64,000 nucleotides of DNA from the NCBI GenBank assembly GCA_034419095.1, contig DAOULQ010000005.1, positions 1,024 through 65,023 of the forward strand, given 5' to 3'. The notes below the pieces were generated by a model. That model made no database searches and was not told the origin of the DNA. It worked only from the letters and a program-made list of their open reading frames with translations. A program made the translations under genes and the position numbers. Below, piece by piece: positions 62,818-64,000 of this stretch. Within the stretch, counting starts at the first letter, position 1; the number at the start of each line of letters is the position of its first letter. Origin of the DNA: Anaerolineae bacterium. GTDB taxonomy: Bacteria > Chloroflexota > Anaerolineae > UBA7937.

Positions 62818-64000
62818 CTATCGCACCTTGCCTCTTGCAAGTGACGCAAATATACCACCGAAACAACAGGCAGCAAAAATGATGAGGGCTGTTCTTATGG
62901 AAGCCAAGAAAAGTGGATGGTATTCAGGTGTAATTTGGACCTTGCCAATGTATATGGAGAATATCAACATTGCGATGCCTAAGCTAAGCATCTGTCCAGT
63001 CAGTCGCATGGTTCCCAGCGTTGCTGAGGCTACTCCGTAAAGCCTCTTTTCAACAGAACTCATGACTGCATTTGTATTTGGAGAAGAGAAAAGGGCAAAG
63101 CCAAAACCAAGGAGAACTAGACTGGCTACAATGAACTCTAGAGTCGTTCCTTCATTCAAGAAAGTGAAAAGGGAAAGTCCTACGACGGTCAACGCCATCC
63201 CCATTGAAGCTACTATTCTTGGTTCAATTCTGTCTGACAGCCTGCCGGCAAGTGGTGAAAAAATAGCCATCACAATAGGTTGGGATACTAAGATCACCCC
63301 CGCCTCTTGGGGGCTGAGCACTTTCACATACTGCAGGTAAAGGCTTAAGAGAAAACCCACGGCAGAGGTTGCGCTATAGTTAATCAACGCTGCTAGGTTA
63401 GAGAAAGCGAAGACTGTGTTATCTCTGAACAGGCTCATATTCAAAACGGGACTTTCTACCCTTATTTCCCACCTAACGAATGACGACACCCCCAAGGCAC
63501 CCACTAGAATCAACCATACGCCCGAAATCTCCGGTAACACAGAAAAGCCGTACATAATTGCCACAAGCGAGAGACCGTAGATTATGGACCCGGTAAGATC
63601 GAATTTCTCCCCCTCTGCTTCAGCCCATTCTCCCTTCAATTTCCAGGAAACAAGGGCAACTACTATCAGGCCAAGAGGTACATTCACAAGGAAAATGCTT
63701 CTCCAGCCAGAATGCTGCGTAAGAAACCCTCCTAGAAATGGGCCGAGAGATAGTCCTGAATAGACCGCGGCGACATTTATTCCCAAGACCTTGCCCCTTT
63801 CGCCTACGGGAAATACTGAAGTTAGAATCGCTACGCCTGTGCCGAATATCATTGCACTTCCGATTCCCTGTAGAACTCGGAAGCAGATAAGCAAGGTGGC
63901 CGATGTTGAGATTGCACAGAGAAAAGACGAAAGAGTATAGATCAACATACCGTATGCAAAGATTCTCTTCCTTCCACGTATGTCCGCTATCTTTCCAAAT
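62818..64000 (-). CDS. MFS transporter (DHA2/EmrB-like drug:H+ antiporter type), N-terminus outside window
   Basis: Multi-TM. The reading frame stays open to the window edge (upstream in-frame FGKIADIRGRKRIFAYG is the MFS motif-A loop). Confidence 0.85.
   Translation of the reverse strand, partial: FGKIADIRGRKRIFAYGMLIYTLSSFLCAISTSATLLICFRVLQGIGSAMIFGTGVAILTSVFPVGERGKVLGINVAAVYSGLSLGPFLGGFLTQHSGWRSIFLVNVPLGLIVVALVSWKLKGEWAEAEGEKFDLTGSIIYGLSLVAIMYGFSVLPEISGVWLILVGALGVSSFVRWEIRVESPVLNMSLFRDNTVFAFSNLAALINYSATSAVGFLLSLYLQYVKVLSPQEAGVILVSQPIVMAIFSPLAGRLSDRIEPRIVASMGMALTVVGLSLFTFLNEGTTLEFIVASLVLLGFGFALFSSPNTNAVMSSVEKRLYGVASATLGTMRLTGQMLSLGIAMLIFSIYIGKVQITPEYHPLFLASIRTALIIFAACCFGGIFASLARGKVR

Overview
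GC-rich bacterial chromosome segment. Protein flavour, a T-box leader and dense REP-like hairpins suggest a Chloroflexota-like organism, but I cannot verify this here. All calls come from reading the ORF translations and the DNA by eye; no searches or computations were run. The window has four parts. (1) 1-11.5 kb is core: ddl (partial), rph, an SPFH/DUF2207 membrane operon, rsmD, valS with a T-box leader, tRNA-Phe, yabN/mazG-like and tRNA-Pro. (2) About 11.56-40.3 kb is an accessory island that abuts and overlaps tRNA-Arg(CCU) and opens with a large serine recombinase. It stacks many defence-type modules: a 2-TM protein; a GHKL ATPase with a YhcG_N-like partner; a 1098-aa N6A methyltransferase with a PD-(D/E)xK protein; an Avs-like STAND NTPase with an Mrr-like N-terminus; a CI/LexA-like switch; a replication initiator; AbiEi/AbiEii; a HEPN-like protein; an Hhe-type DUF4011 helicase-Vsr giant; and a PIN-like protein. 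Two conserved non-coding elements punctuate the defence genes, and I consider them the most novel signal. R1 occurs three times at operon 3' ends. R2 occurs four times upstream of unrelated defence genes. (3) 40.6-49.3 kb holds recD2, an unknown gene and yhaM. It then holds a decayed repeat-rich stretch, an SPL-like radical-SAM gene with a 159-aa partner behind a duplicated ~360-430-nt leader (a frameshifted second copy sits at 32.4-33.5 kb), and a truncated tyrosine integrase. (4) 49.6-64 kb holds a Doe-like (ectoine-type) catabolic cluster with a peptide-type ABC importer that lacks ATPase genes. It also holds an IS110/IS1111-type element inserted at a CT dinucleotide inside a dispersed ~250-bp repeat (R3), and a partial MFS gene.
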